Positions 1 to 13,840 of a DNA stretch of 39,340 bases are shown piece by piece. Both the position numbers and the translations under genes were made by a program. Source of the stretch: an uncultured Nitrososphaerota archaeon (GTDB lineage Archaea > Asgardarchaeota > Njordarchaeia > Njordarchaeales > Panguiarchaeaceae); NCBI GenBank assembly GCA_964636085.1, contig CAZWPQ010000019.1, forward strand, positions 1 to 39,340. Direction: 5' to 3'. The first letter of the stretch is position 1; the number at the start of each line of letters is the position of its first letter. The notes beneath the pieces are model-generated. The model made no database searches. It was given only the letters and a program-made list of their open reading frames with translations, and was not told the origin of the DNA.

Positions 1-1640
1 ATGTCACAGTAATAGTAGAATTGTTTTACAGTGCTTGTGCCTGATATTATTTCGAGTCTAAATGTGTATTCTCCGATACCATCTATTTGGAGATTTACCG
101 TTGTTGTATCGCCGCTTGTTGCACCATTTATTGTGAAGGCATCTGTCTCACCCATTGGTTTTTCGGTGCCATCAACCATGGCATATAGCTTTACCTGTAT
201 TGTCTGTGTAGTATCTGAGTCTAGGTCTATTTTTAGTGCTAGGTTAGAGTCATAATATCCATCGCTATCCGAGTCATAGCCTTGGAATAGTATATCATAT
301 AGCCATATTCCTACAGTGTTCCCAGTTCTCTTCCTTAGAAATTCGTCCCATTGATGATGCTGGGACATTAGGACATTGTCATAGCTCGTATAGTATGATG
401 ATGGTATATTTATGCTTAATCCATGTGCATTTGGATGGGATGATAGGTGCCCGCCATATAGTATTGCTTGGTCTATAGCATTGATTGTTTGGTCTATCAT
501 GTTTATCAATGTTGAACTACTTACCTGACTCTTTATTAGCTCTAGAAAATGGATGAGATCCTTCTCGTTGGAGTAATAGAAGTCTTCGGCATTGTTAACT
601 GCATAGTCGATAGCGTCTTTGTATGTATCATAGTTCCTTATTAGTTCTCCCACTAGCCTATTTAGATATGGAACTGCTGTCTCGACAAGTTCTTCTATAT
701 CTATAGCGGATTGGGTTGCCTCTCTGTCTGTACCTTGGCTTCCACCATTGTATGATTGGACATACTTCTCCGCTATTAACTCTGCAAATTGTGCGGGGGA
801 CATATCTGGGTTTGAGATTAGCGGGTTTAGTATATCATCATATGGCCATCCGTCACCAGCTTCTGTTTCTTGGGAGAATACAACATAGTTAACGTAATCT
901 CTTAGTTGATATGCAACCTCGATCATTCCCATTAGACATGCATCAAATCCAACTATGTCGATCTTTCTCCCTATAGAATTGTATATCGCCTCAAACGCGT
1001 CCCTCAGCTCCACCAAGTTCAGGTTATCGTTTCCATTGTCGCCATCCCAACATACTCCGGAAAGCCCACCACCATGGTCCCATAGAATAACAGCATAATG
1101 CTCAGCTGGATAATTTTGGACGCCCCAAGATACAAAATCTACAAGTGTTTGGGGATCACCCATATTTTTCTCTCCCCAGTCCTCGAGAGCATTGTCTGGG
1201 TTCGGATCAAGGCCACTAGTTATATAGAATAATTTTGTGTCCTTCCAATCCCCGTAGGATGTGGAATAGTAATCTGTTCTATCTAACAAAACAATTATTG
1301 CTACATCATTTGTTGAGCCAACGCTCGACATTTCAAGGAAATCCTCCAACCCCGCGCTCTCTAGGTTATTATCCGCGTCTAAGTAGACCATAAATGTCCA
1401 TTTTCTCCCTGTTTGCATTGGACGTATTGTCTTCCATGAAATCCTATCCCTTGTCTTTACTACTTGGAATATTCCTGGAATTATCTCTCTTTCCTGGTCA
1501 AAACTATTAGTTGAGCCAAATTTTATCGTATAGACAATTCTTTTTTGATTTTTCCTAATATTTGTACCAACAATATAGGCTAATGTGGATAGAGTCAACA
1601 TTACGATAAGAATATATGTTCCTTTTCTCATCCTGATCAT
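1..1640 (-). CDS. Secreted clostripain-family (C11) cysteine peptidase, 3' end beyond the window; absent from the ORF track
   Basis: Hand translation from ATG 1640 (GGGG RBS upstream) gives MIRMRKGTYILIVMLTLSTLAY (signal peptide), then KWTFMVYLDADNNLE, EKNMGDPQTLVDFVSWG, YPAEHYAVILWDHGGG (catalytic His), IDIVGFDACLMGMIEVAYQL (catalytic Cys) and SQETEAGDGWPY. The frame is still open at position 3. Confidence 0.93.
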   Translation of the reverse strand, partial: MIRMRKGTYILIVMLTLSTLAYIVGTNIRKNQKRIVYTIKFGSTNSFDQEREIIPGIFQVVKTRDRISWKTIRPMQTGRKWTFMVYLDADNNLESAGLEDFLEMSSVGSTNDVAIIVLLDRTDYYSTSYGDWKDTKLFYITSGLDPNPDNALEDWGEKNMGDPQTLVDFVSWGVQNYPAEHYAVILWDHGGGLSGVCWDGDNGNDNLNLVELRDAFEAIYNSIGRKIDIVGFDACLMGMIEVAYQLRDYVNYVVFSQETEAGDGWPYDDILNPLISNPDMSPAQFAELIAEKYVQSYNGGSQGTDREATQSAIDIEELVETAVPYLNRLVGELIRNYDTYKDAIDYAVNNAEDFYYSNEKDLIHFLELIKSQVSSSTLINMIDQTINAIDQAILYGGHLSSHPNAHGLSINIPSSYYTSYDNVLMSQHHQWDEFLRKRTGNTVGIWLYDILFQGYDSDSDGYYDSNLALKIDLDSDTTQTIQVKLYAMVDGTEKPMGETDAFTINGATSGDTTTVNLQIDGIGEYTFRLEIISGTSTVKQFYYYCD

Positions 1641-1800
1641 TTCTAATCCCCCAAAAGTTCAAAATATTCCTAGGTATTATTATATAGAATTCCTTTTAAA
1701 AAGACGAATAGCGAAAACACATATCTATTCGCTGAATTTGATGACTGTTATTATCTTGCCCAAGAGGCCGTTATTTTTCCTCGTGTTCCGCCTATTGTAA

Positions 1801-2161
1801 TTATTTTGTAGTCCACAAAATTACATATTGTTCCAAGTATTCCCAGATTTGAGGCGAGGATTTTTTTCTTTTTCCTTCCATCCAGCTCCCAATCTTTGCC
1901 CCCAAATTTTTCTCCACTAGCCCGTCCACAAACCTTAGGACATATCTTACTTCTCCTCCCCTACCTAGTATCTCTGTCTTTATTGGATATACCCTCTATC
2001 TCTCTTATGACTGGTTTCTTGTTTGGCCTCAGCCTAGATATTCTTTCCTTCATCAGTACTTTCCTGAAATGGGTTTTACCAGAACCTATCGGGCCTATAA
2101 GGGCCACTCTAAGTCTATATGCAATGCTTTTCAATGCAAAGCTGGACAAAGATAACACCAA
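1801..2161 (-). pseudogene. Frameshifted P-loop NTPase / small-GTPase-like remnant
   Basis: Walker A RVALIGPIGSGKT lies in ORF 1961-2161. The adjacent frame (1995-1801) continues VYPIKTEILGRGGEVRYVLRFVDG... to a stop at 1801. Confidence 0.5.
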
Positions 2162-2257
2162 TAATTAACGACACTCTTGATTAATGTTTAAAATTAGAAA
2201 AAATAGCAACCATATCTTCACATCATTGTTTTCTAGTAAAAATATCCTCTAAAGGAG

Positions 2258-4771
2258 CTATTTCTTAGGAGTTTTTTCTCGATATATATATGCTATAATG
2301 ATTAGGGCGATTAGTGACAGTATAAACGATATCCAGAATATTGGGTATCTCTTGGGTACACCGGGGTCATTTGGATCCCAACCATTGAGAATCTCCATTC
2401 GATCATCAAAACCATCGCCATCTGTATCCTTCAAATATGGATTCGTCCCATATAGAACCATTTCCTCGTAATCCGTGAGAAGATCACCATCCCTATCATA
2501 ATTGAGTGTATTGAATACCATGAGTTTGTTAACCCCATAACACTTCGATGACCCCAAGGCTTCCGTGGTAGCTTCATAATAAATAATGCCGGACGACACG
2601 ACGACTATTTCCATCAACTCATCCCCATCAAAGTCTCCTGCAAATATCTCTGCATACTCACCTATTAGATTTGAAGCCACTGACATAATCTCATCTCCAG
2701 TTACCAGATTTCTGATGTATAGTTTTCCTGGGGTCGCAACCACTATGTCTTGGATCCAGTCTGAATCCATATCAATCACTGCGAATCCAGATACATCATC
2801 ATCAAAACTAAGGGTTTTTACTTCTTCACCACAATGATCAAATATAGTTATATTGTTATCAAAGGCCACTATCTCCTCTAGGTACCCATCAGAGTCGAAA
2901 TCTGTTACTAGCGGATAAGGGTAGTATTCAAGTAGCTCCTTAGACACGATAAATTCTATGGATCCATCAAGACCTATACATTTTAGCGCCCCACTATGGA
3001 CTGTGAGGAACTCCGCGCCCCTATCCATATCTATGTCCCCAACTATCAGGGGATTCGTAGGGATTATCGGTATGTCAAACCTTCCTTCTATCTCTCCATC
3101 CATGGACAGTATATACATACTTCCCCCTTGCGAAACAGCAACTATCTCTAACTCTAAATCATTATCAACATCAAACACTGGTAGTGGTATCTCTACCAAC
3201 GCTTCGCCGATATTCAGATTCCATGAGGTAGACCCATAAACAATGACTTTGTCTCCACAATTCATTATTATTTCATCAGTACCATCCCTATCTAAATCAG
3301 CTAGAGACACACCATAAACCGCCCCACTAACATTGGTTATAATATAGAACATATTCGCATCCACCACATATATTCTTGTCTCACCAATTTGGTAGTCCGT
3401 GATTATGCCCTCCTCATAGCCATCGCCATCCACATCACCATATACTGGCTGGGATAATAGGTTAAAGGGCCCATAATAGGTTAGGTCGCCATCTTGATCT
3501 CCTAACAATATCTTGCCGTTGGGTAACGGAATCAATACGCTTCCATTCCCATAGATCGTTGGGTGGAATCCTCCCCGGAGCCCCCCAATCAACCCAAAGT
3601 CCGTCACTTTATTCCATGTTAAAATGCCTACTATTTCAACATGTCCCGATAGGGTCACAACTATTGCTTCCTCTGAGGAGGACGAAAAACTTCCCGCTTC
3701 AAACGTGTAGATATACTCATTGGAGATTCCATATATTTTCTCTATTCCTGTGATGTTTGCGAGTACTAGGGATCCCTTACTATCTATATATAGGAATTCT
3801 ATCCCGCCATCCGCATCGAAGTCATCTATCCTTACGTATCCATAGAAACCTTCGGCTATGCCTTCCGTTGATACATTCATTATGGTTTCATTGTCGGCAT
3901 AGTCTAGCGCAAAATACCCAAGATCATACCCCACAAAAATATCTAGACGACCATCATTATCTATATCATAAAGATCAATAGCCTGCATTCTAACACTATA
4001 ATTTAGCCTTTCAACGACCCCACTATCATCAACAATCACTAGACTTGAGACATAGCCCTGGCGTCTCAAAGGAGTAACCGGGATTATTATTTCATCCTTA
4101 TTATCGCCATCTACATCACCAACCTTTGGATCAATATCGACATTTTCACCATGAGGCAATGATAATGAAACGTTCACTAGGAGCGATCCAGATAAATCGT
4201 ATGATTCGACCCTACCAAATTTTGAGCATAGAACAATATCTATGTCACCGTCGCCATTGATATCCCCATCAATAATATATCCAGCCACAAAGTTAAGATT
4301 GAATTCTGTCACAATATTCAGAGCGCTATCAAAGACAATAATATGACTCTTGTCCCCCACAAGCATTGAGACAGTAATATTGCTTGCCCAGGAACCAATA
4401 TTGTTTATGCCAGATATACCAAGGCTTGAACCTACACCATCCCTGTTGAAAATATATAGTTTATCGGAGACAGCCACATATATAGAATCTCCCAACACCA
4501 CTGGATTTATCACCACTCTACCTATATGAGCTACCCAGCCTATACCACTGGCATCCATATAGACAAGCCCTAGCGATGTGCCTACAACAGCTCCATCTGG
4601 AGCCCCTGAAATTTTCACTATATCCGTTGTTGGTTCGCCATGGAACTCTAGCTCCCATAGCTTTGTTAGCAATACTTCATCCTGACCAGAAACCGTAGTT
4701 ATGGTCATGCCTCTATAGTTCCAGCAAAGCAGGATAGTAGTAAGCAAGAAGAAAACCAAATATCTCCTCAT
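2258..4771 (-). CDS. Secreted, C-terminally anchored FG-GAP/VCBS (integrin-alpha-like beta-propeller) repeat protein
   Basis: Signal peptide MRRYLVFFLLTTILL; likely start is ATG 4771 after GGGTG. About 11 GD(I/V/F)DGDGxxEI-type Ca-binding repeats, two DxDGD TSP3-like motifs, then a TM helix and basic tail. Confidence 0.88.
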   Translation of the reverse strand: MRRYLVFFLLTTILLCWNYRGMTITTVSGQDEVLLTKLWELEFHGEPTTDIVKISGAPDGAVVGTSLGLVYMDASGIGWVAHIGRVVINPVVLGDSIYVAVSDKLYIFNRDGVGSSLGISGINNIGSWASNITVSMLVGDKSHIIVFDSALNIVTEFNLNFVAGYIIDGDINGDGDIDIVLCSKFGRVESYDLSGSLLVNVSLSLPHGENVDIDPKVGDVDGDNKDEIIIPVTPLRRQGYVSSLVIVDDSGVVERLNYSVRMQAIDLYDIDNDGRLDIFVGYDLGYFALDYADNETIMNVSTEGIAEGFYGYVRIDDFDADGGIEFLYIDSKGSLVLANITGIEKIYGISNEYIYTFEAGSFSSSSEEAIVVTLSGHVEIVGILTWNKVTDFGLIGGLRGGFHPTIYGNGSVLIPLPNGKILLGDQDGDLTYYGPFNLLSQPVYGDVDGDGYEEGIITDYQIGETRIYVVDANMFYIITNVSGAVYGVSLADLDRDGTDEIIMNCGDKVIVYGSTSWNLNIGEALVEIPLPVFDVDNDLELEIVAVSQGGSMYILSMDGEIEGRFDIPIIPTNPLIVGDIDMDRGAEFLTVHSGALKCIGLDGSIEFIVSKELLEYYPYPLVTDFDSDGYLEEIVAFDNNITIFDHCGEEVKTLSFDDDVSGFAVIDMDSDWIQDIVVATPGKLYIRNLVTGDEIMSVASNLIGEYAEIFAGDFDGDELMEIVVVSSGIIYYEATTEALGSSKCYGVNKLMVFNTLNYDRDGDLLTDYEEMVLYGTNPYLKDTDGDGFDDRMEILNGWDPNDPGVPKRYPIFWISFILSLIALIIIAYIYREKTPKK

Positions 4772-4883
4772 ACAGACACCCAATAAATTCATTTAACAAC
4801 AAAAAAATAAGATTAAAACCGTGAACCCTTATGTGCTAAAGAATATGATAATCCTAGTGGAGAAAAAAATAGAAAAGATGAAA

Positions 4884-8603
<3,720 letters not shown>

Positions 8604-8906
8604 CGAAAAACACCATTGTATTCAAAATTTATTATAGTATTTCGCTAAAAATTAAAAATATTTCAACGCTTGGTTAGAATTTTTTATTTTGTGATAAACA
8701 TAGTAAGGAACTTGAAGGGCTTAGGAAGTTCACGTTGTTCAATAATGTTCATTTTGAGTTATTATTATATCATAAAAGACCTATCGTTTTTATTTTTGTC
8801 CACGAAGACGGGGCCCCTTTTGATCATTCACTTGTTGGTATTCTGGCTATATGATGTCGATACTCTCCATCAGATCGAGTATCTAGTATAATTGATATGT
8901 TGTGTG

Positions 8907-9755
8907 TTAGTATGTTGCGAGGTATCCTTTTTTCTTTGCGTCCTTTATGACTCTCATTAGGTATAGATATCCCACAAGTAGGATTAGTATTGAGAGTGTT
9001 GAGACCAGTATCCATTCGAATTGGCTGGCCGAGAGTTTTGTATCCAGTATCGTGATTGTTGTTGGTACAAGCTCTGGTTCTATTCCCATTATTGATGTTC
9101 TCAATAGATCTATGGCATATGATAGGGGGATCATCCTTGATATCATCAATATTCTATGTGGTGCTGTCCTGAATGAATAGAAAACACCGCAAAAGAGTAT
9201 TACTATCATTTCTATGGCGTTTATCAGTGCCCACCCACTCCTCTTCGCTTTGATGGCCCAACCCGCATATATTAGGGCGAGCCCATAAGCCATTATAAAG
9301 AATAAAAATCCCGCCAGCAGTCCTAGAAGTGGTTCTTTGATTATTATTGGTACTTTCATGAGTGTGGAAAACATAAGTATGGCAATCATGACAAGTAGCA
9401 TATTTATTATCATCGTAAATCCAGCTAGCCCCAGCGGTAGAATCCAGGGGGATATTGGTGTTAGCATTATCTGTTCTAATGTTCCCCTCCTCTGGAGTCT
9501 AATTAGTCCAAAAGCAACCTCTCCGAAGAGCCCTTGAAATACTATGTATGCCGCAAAGCCCCACATTATTATATTCCCAATAACCTCCCCACCACTTGGA
9601 TCTCTGCTAAGCATAAGGACGAGAATAGAAAATGAAAACAACCAGAAAAACATGTTAAAGAAAGCAGCCATATAGCTTATTGGGTATCGGGTCTCTATCT
9701 TTAGATTAAACTTCACTATTGCTTTTAGATGATCTATATGTTTTCGTATCCCCAT
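8907..9755 (-). CDS. ABC-2 type exporter permease
   Basis: Six hydrophobic segments, RRGTLEQIMLTP, and PLSYAIDLLR. Confidence 0.9.
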   Translation of the reverse strand: MGIRKHIDHLKAIVKFNLKIETRYPISYMAAFFNMFFWLFSFSILVLMLSRDPSGGEVIGNIIMWGFAAYIVFQGLFGEVAFGLIRLQRRGTLEQIMLTPISPWILPLGLAGFTMIINMLLVMIAILMFSTLMKVPIIIKEPLLGLLAGFLFFIMAYGLALIYAGWAIKAKRSGWALINAIEMIVILFCGVFYSFRTAPHRILMISRMIPLSYAIDLLRTSIMGIEPELVPTTITILDTKLSASQFEWILVSTLSILILLVGYLYLMRVIKDAKKKGYLATY

Positions 9756-10591
9756 TAGTGAGCACCTATAGAGCCCTTAGATTTTAGTTCAGATCTCACT
9801 CTCCTAAACATTAGCCCTCCAAATACAGGCCAGAAGATGGCATATGAAGCTAGAATGAGAATATCTATGGTTGAGTCAAAAATATAGTCTATATGCAATA
9901 TTACTGCTCTGGAATCACATATCTGGATCGTGGCTGGAAAAGTCACGGCTACATATCTAGCCAATGGAGGCAGTACTGTGACTGGGTAAAATACCCCCGC
10001 TATGAATACCAGAAGGGCTGAGAGAAAATTAAAAAGCGCCCAAGGCTCCTTTATTTTGAGAACTATAGCTCCAAAAAACACAGCCATTCCCATGAGAGGT
10101 ATAAATCCAAGGACTATTATGCCTATCGCAATAATAAATTCTACAGATAACAAATAATGGATATACCCGAATAGTGCGCTGGCCAATATGAGCCCCACAA
10201 ATGATGTTATGAGGGAAATTACTAGTGTATACATGACTGCTCCCAATAGCAACTCTGATACCAACACTGGTGTTAATAATAGTTGCTCCAGTGTCCCAGC
10301 CTCCATTTCCTCATATAGCCACATACCGAAATCCCATAGAATGTTCACCGATATTGACCAAACGGTTGACCCGACGAGTATATAGAATATAAATTCAGGG
10401 GTGCCAGCATAAGTGTTAAATGCTTCACTAGCTGTTTGGATAGACCCCCCGACACTTACTGCTAGAAAAACAGGCATTAGCGTCATAAATATTGGGTATG
10501 CAAAGCTAAGAACAAACCAGCTTGGATATCTAGTATAGACCTTAAATCGTGCCTTAAATACCGAATATATCGCCTGAAATGATGGCCTCAT
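9755..10591 (-). CDS. ABC-2 type exporter permease
   Basis: EMEAGTLEQLLLTP, GVFYPVTVLP, multiple TM helices; coupled to the next gene by a TAATG overlap. Confidence 0.9.
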   Translation of the reverse strand: MRPSFQAIYSVFKARFKVYTRYPSWFVLSFAYPIFMTLMPVFLAVSVGGSIQTASEAFNTYAGTPEFIFYILVGSTVWSISVNILWDFGMWLYEEMEAGTLEQLLLTPVLVSELLLGAVMYTLVISLITSFVGLILASALFGYIHYLLSVEFIIAIGIIVLGFIPLMGMAVFFGAIVLKIKEPWALFNFLSALLVFIAGVFYPVTVLPPLARYVAVTFPATIQICDSRAVILHIDYIFDSTIDILILASYAIFWPVFGGLMFRRVRSELKSKGSIGAH

Positions 10592-10602
10592 CTCATTATT
10601 CC

Positions 10603-11619
10603 CTACTGGAGCAGTCTGCCAGTATAGTAAAGGAACACATCCTCCAGTGTTGGTTCTTCAGGCTTTATATAGTGTAACTTTGCACCATTTTCTAGTACTA
10701 TATCTACAACTCTGGGTAAAACTTGCCGGGGGGAATCACAAAGCGCCCTAATTCTTGTTACATGCCCCCTCTCCGAACCGACAACCTTCCATGCCACTTT
10801 ATGCACTCCATCTATGTTCCCAACTTTTTCTACCAAATTTTCTATGTCCTCAGATAGTACATCGACTTCTATCGCGCTTCTCCCTTTTAATGTAGCTTTT
10901 AGCTCTCCTGGAGTACCTATGGCAACAATTTTTCCATCATCAATTATGGCTACTCTATCACATAGTTCCTCCGCTTCTTGCATTATATGAGTCGTCAGAA
11001 AAATCGTTTTTCCCTCCTTCTTAAGCTCTAAGATTTTTCGCCTAATATCTAATGCCCTCCCCGGATCTAGTGCCACAGTTGGTTCATCGAGAAATATTAT
11101 AGGAGCATCATTTATAAGTGCCTTTGCAAATGCCAACAATACCTTTTGACCACTACTATATGTTTCTACCAATCGATCAACAAACTCGCCTATGTCTAAA
11201 AAATCTATTATTTCCATTATCCGCGTTCTAAGTATATCTTTAGGCACTCTATATAATGCTCCAAAAAACTCTAGGTTCTCTCTCCCAGTTAATTTCCAGT
11301 ATAATGCTCGCTCCCCCATTAGCATTACCCCCACCCTTTTCTTCACCTCATTTGGCCTCTTTACGACATCAAAGCCCATGACATAGGCCCGCCCAGCATC
11401 GGGCAATAGCAGGGTTGTCAAGATTTTTATCAAAGTGGTTTTGCCTGCCCCATTTGGCCCCAATAGTCCAAATATTTCAGAGTCCTCCACGCTGAAAGAT
11501 ACTCCCTTTAGGGCATATACCACCTTCTTCTTTTTCCTGAAAAGCCCACTTGGAATCTTTGTCTCATACTTCTTAACTATGTTTTTTGCAACTATGGCCT
11601 TGCTATATGTGTCCTCCAA
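10603..11619 (-). CDS. ABC transporter ATP-binding protein (DrrA/multidrug-like)
   Basis: Walker A GPNGAGKTT, signature YSSGQ, Walker B IIFLDEPT, H-loop LTTH, C-terminal EPTLEDVF. Confidence 0.95.
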   Translation of the reverse strand: MEDTYSKAIVAKNIVKKYETKIPSGLFRKKKKVVYALKGVSFSVEDSEIFGLLGPNGAGKTTLIKILTTLLLPDAGRAYVMGFDVVKRPNEVKKRVGVMLMGERALYWKLTGRENLEFFGALYRVPKDILRTRIMEIIDFLDIGEFVDRLVETYSSGQKVLLAFAKALINDAPIIFLDEPTVALDPGRALDIRRKILELKKEGKTIFLTTHIMQEAEELCDRVAIIDDGKIVAIGTPGELKATLKGRSAIEVDVLSEDIENLVEKVGNIDGVHKVAWKVVGSERGHVTRIRALCDSPRQVLPRVVDIVLENGAKLHYIKPEEPTLEDVFLYYTGRLLQ

Positions 11620-11683
11620 TTTAGGCCCCTCATACTCAGGAATTATTTATACATATACTCATTTACATCCATATAGTAGGGCT

Positions 11684-12706
11684 CTATATATATTCTATGT
11701 GTCCAAATACCCGAAGTTTGTCCCCCAGCGCTTTCAGAAATTCTTTTGGCCCTTCGGCATAACCGTACACTTTTATTGATTCAACCACGTCTGCATACTC
11801 TGGACTCACATCCTCATCTATTTCAAGATATCCAAATATGTATGCCTTTATTTTTTTCCCTACTTTTCTGGCATACTCGAAGTCTCCTTTTGTTAGCTTA
11901 TGTTCGGAGTATATTCTGTATATTATTTTGTCACGTGTCTCCACTATACTCTTACCCCTTGTTATACCGCCTGTCTCAAATTTGAACCCAGATTCAAAGC
12001 CTCTGGGTTTAGCTATCTCTATCTTTGGGGACTTTGGATGCCTTGGGGGCCATATAAAGAAGAATCCATGGCTCATTTTTTCGATATTTTTGCCGTATTC
12101 CTCAATATATTCTCCTATCCTATTGATTGTCTCTCCAATAGCATTGAATGTCTTACTTAGGATTTTAGATATAACTTCAGGAGTTATCTTTACCCCCTTC
12201 TCAGCTAGCTCATTAATGCTTCTCATAACATCTTCCTTGGCCTTATCAATGGCCCTTCTTAGTTCGGAAGTTGTGTATCTGATCACACCAGCCCTTTCTT
12301 CGCTCCACTCTCCAAATTCTACCCCGCCCGCAATGTCGGCTATATCCTCCAGTACTCTACGTATTCTAGGCAACAGTATTTCCCTTATACAACCGGAGAG
12401 ATCCTCCCGCGTGAGATGATATTCCCTACCAATATAATCTACCAGTCCCAATGAATGCAACTGTTCAAGGTATTTCCTAGCAGTTGTAGGGCTTATATTA
12501 AACTTCTCCGCAATCTCAGTCGTTGTGGATCTCTTGACCTTCTTTAAATATAAATAAATGTCTATTCCTAGATCCTTCACACCAAGCGAATATAGTACCC
12601 ACCTAATTATCTTCTCCCTATCCGCCCTATCGAGGTCTATGTCTCTGAGCTTTCTAATTGTCCATTCAGCCAATACCTCAAAATCCTCACTCATTCTTCT
12701 CACCAT
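11684..12706 (-). CDS. Winged-HTH transcriptional regulator with central helical region and C-terminal domain of unknown function
   Basis: STTTEIAEKFNISPTTARKYLEQLHSLGLVDY is an HTH plus wing; the start may be ATG 12694. Confidence 0.75.
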   Translation of the reverse strand: MVRRMSEDFEVLAEWTIRKLRDIDLDRADREKIIRWVLYSLGVKDLGIDIYLYLKKVKRSTTTEIAEKFNISPTTARKYLEQLHSLGLVDYIGREYHLTREDLSGCIREILLPRIRRVLEDIADIAGGVEFGEWSEERAGVIRYTTSELRRAIDKAKEDVMRSINELAEKGVKITPEVISKILSKTFNAIGETINRIGEYIEEYGKNIEKMSHGFFFIWPPRHPKSPKIEIAKPRGFESGFKFETGGITRGKSIVETRDKIIYRIYSEHKLTKGDFEYARKVGKKIKAYIFGYLEIDEDVSPEYADVVESIKVYGYAEGPKEFLKALGDKLRVFGHIEYI

Positions 12707-13061
12707 TTAGAATACTAGCCAGATGCTCCAAAATCTCCACAACTCTTTGCGATGTTCTCTTTCTAATCGCTTTCGATAGAGGCATATTCACTATATATGC
12801 CTTACCCAGTTTATCTATGAGCCCTAAGCTGTACATATAATCTAATCTATCCAATACAGCCTCTATGTCTATCCCCATTGCATTCGAGAGTTCTTCTGGT
12901 GTAACCAGTTTCTTATTACACATATACTTGTATATTCTCACTCCCACATCATCCACAGCCAGCGAGGACAAAACTAGGCTAACTTTATCGACATTTTCCG
13001 ACTTTGGCCTCAAATACCTTATCCTAGTTTCGAAAATAACCTCGAAGTCCCCTTCAGTCAA
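12687..13061 (-). CDS. Small winged-HTH (TrmB/ArsR-like) regulator
   Basis: VTPEELSNAMGIDIEAVLDRLDYMYSLGLIDK; TTG start preceded by a GGTGA RBS. Confidence 0.75.
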   Translation of the reverse strand: MTEGDFEVIFETRIRYLRPKSENVDKVSLVLSSLAVDDVGVRIYKYMCNKKLVTPEELSNAMGIDIEAVLDRLDYMYSLGLIDKLGKAYIVNMPLSKAIRKRTSQRVVEILEHLASILNGEKNE

Positions 13062-13312
13062 TTATTATCACCTAATTTCAAATCAAAAAATTTTTACTCT
13101 GAGATAGAAAAATTTGTTAAGAGATATATAAAGATTTGTATATAAACAACCACATGGGTATCAACAAGACCACTAAAAAATTTCTATGCTAAAGAGATAT
13201 CCCAGTATGCCGATACAGGTCATAATTAAACAAATTTTTAAAATTGTAATTTTGTGCTTTTTAAATGTAGTTTTTAGGATTAAGATGTTATGCGTACACT
13301 AATGTGATCCTT

Positions 13313-13402
13313 ATGCAAGATAAGAAAAAGGACGAAAGTAAGAAAGATGAGGACATCGCGGAATGGGATGAGGCCTCAGACCTATGGGCCGATGAGATCT
13401 AG
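13313..13402 (+). CDS. Putative 29-aa acidic microprotein MQDKKKDESKKDEDIAEWDEASDLWADEI
   Basis: ATG preceded by a GTGAT RBS-like motif, purine-rich coding-like composition, and a stop 12 nt before the Nudix ATG. Confidence 0.55.
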   Translation: MQDKKKDESKKDEDIAEWDEASDLWADEI

Positions 13403-13414
13403 AGATGATACCAA

Positions 13415-13840
13415 ATGAGAACAGAAAGGAGCGCCGGTGTAATAGTATTCCGGCGCCCCAACGATAGTGTCGTCTATCTTCTATTGAAGTATGGATGGGG
13501 GCATTGGGGGTTTATAAAGGGACACATAGAGCCCGGGGAGAGTGAGATTGAAACAGTGAAAAGAGAGGCCTTCGAGGAGGCAGGTATTTCTGACCTGAGA
13601 TTTGTATTTGGTTTTCGTGAAAGAATTGAATATGACTATTTTCTCAAGGGTAGGAAAATTCATAAGGTTGTGCATTATTACCTTGCTGAGACTACACAGG
13701 TTGATGTAAGACTGTCTTATGAGCATAAAGCATTTGCTTGGCTCGATTTTGAGTCGGCACTTAGAAGGATAACATATGAAAATGATAGAGAGGTTCTAAG
13801 AAAAGCCCACTTGTACTTAATGAAGATGAAGATTATCTAG
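13415..13840 (+). CDS. Nudix hydrolase, Ap4A hydrolase (bis(5'-nucleosyl)-tetraphosphatase)-like
   Basis: SAGVIVFR, YLLL, HWGFIKGHIEPGESEIETVKREAFEEAG (Nudix box), and LSYEH. Confidence 0.9.
   Translation: MRTERSAGVIVFRRPNDSVVYLLLKYGWGHWGFIKGHIEPGESEIETVKREAFEEAGISDLRFVFGFRERIEYDYFLKGRKIHKVVHYYLAETTQVDVRLSYEHKAFAWLDFESALRRITYENDREVLRKAHLYLMKMKII

Noticed and set aside
1-1640. Clostripain acting as a GPI-transamidase-like sortase together with the PIG-A-like GT4
   Set aside because: The only link is that C11 and PIG-K (C13) share clan CD. The genes are 28 kb apart and nothing in the sequence connects them.
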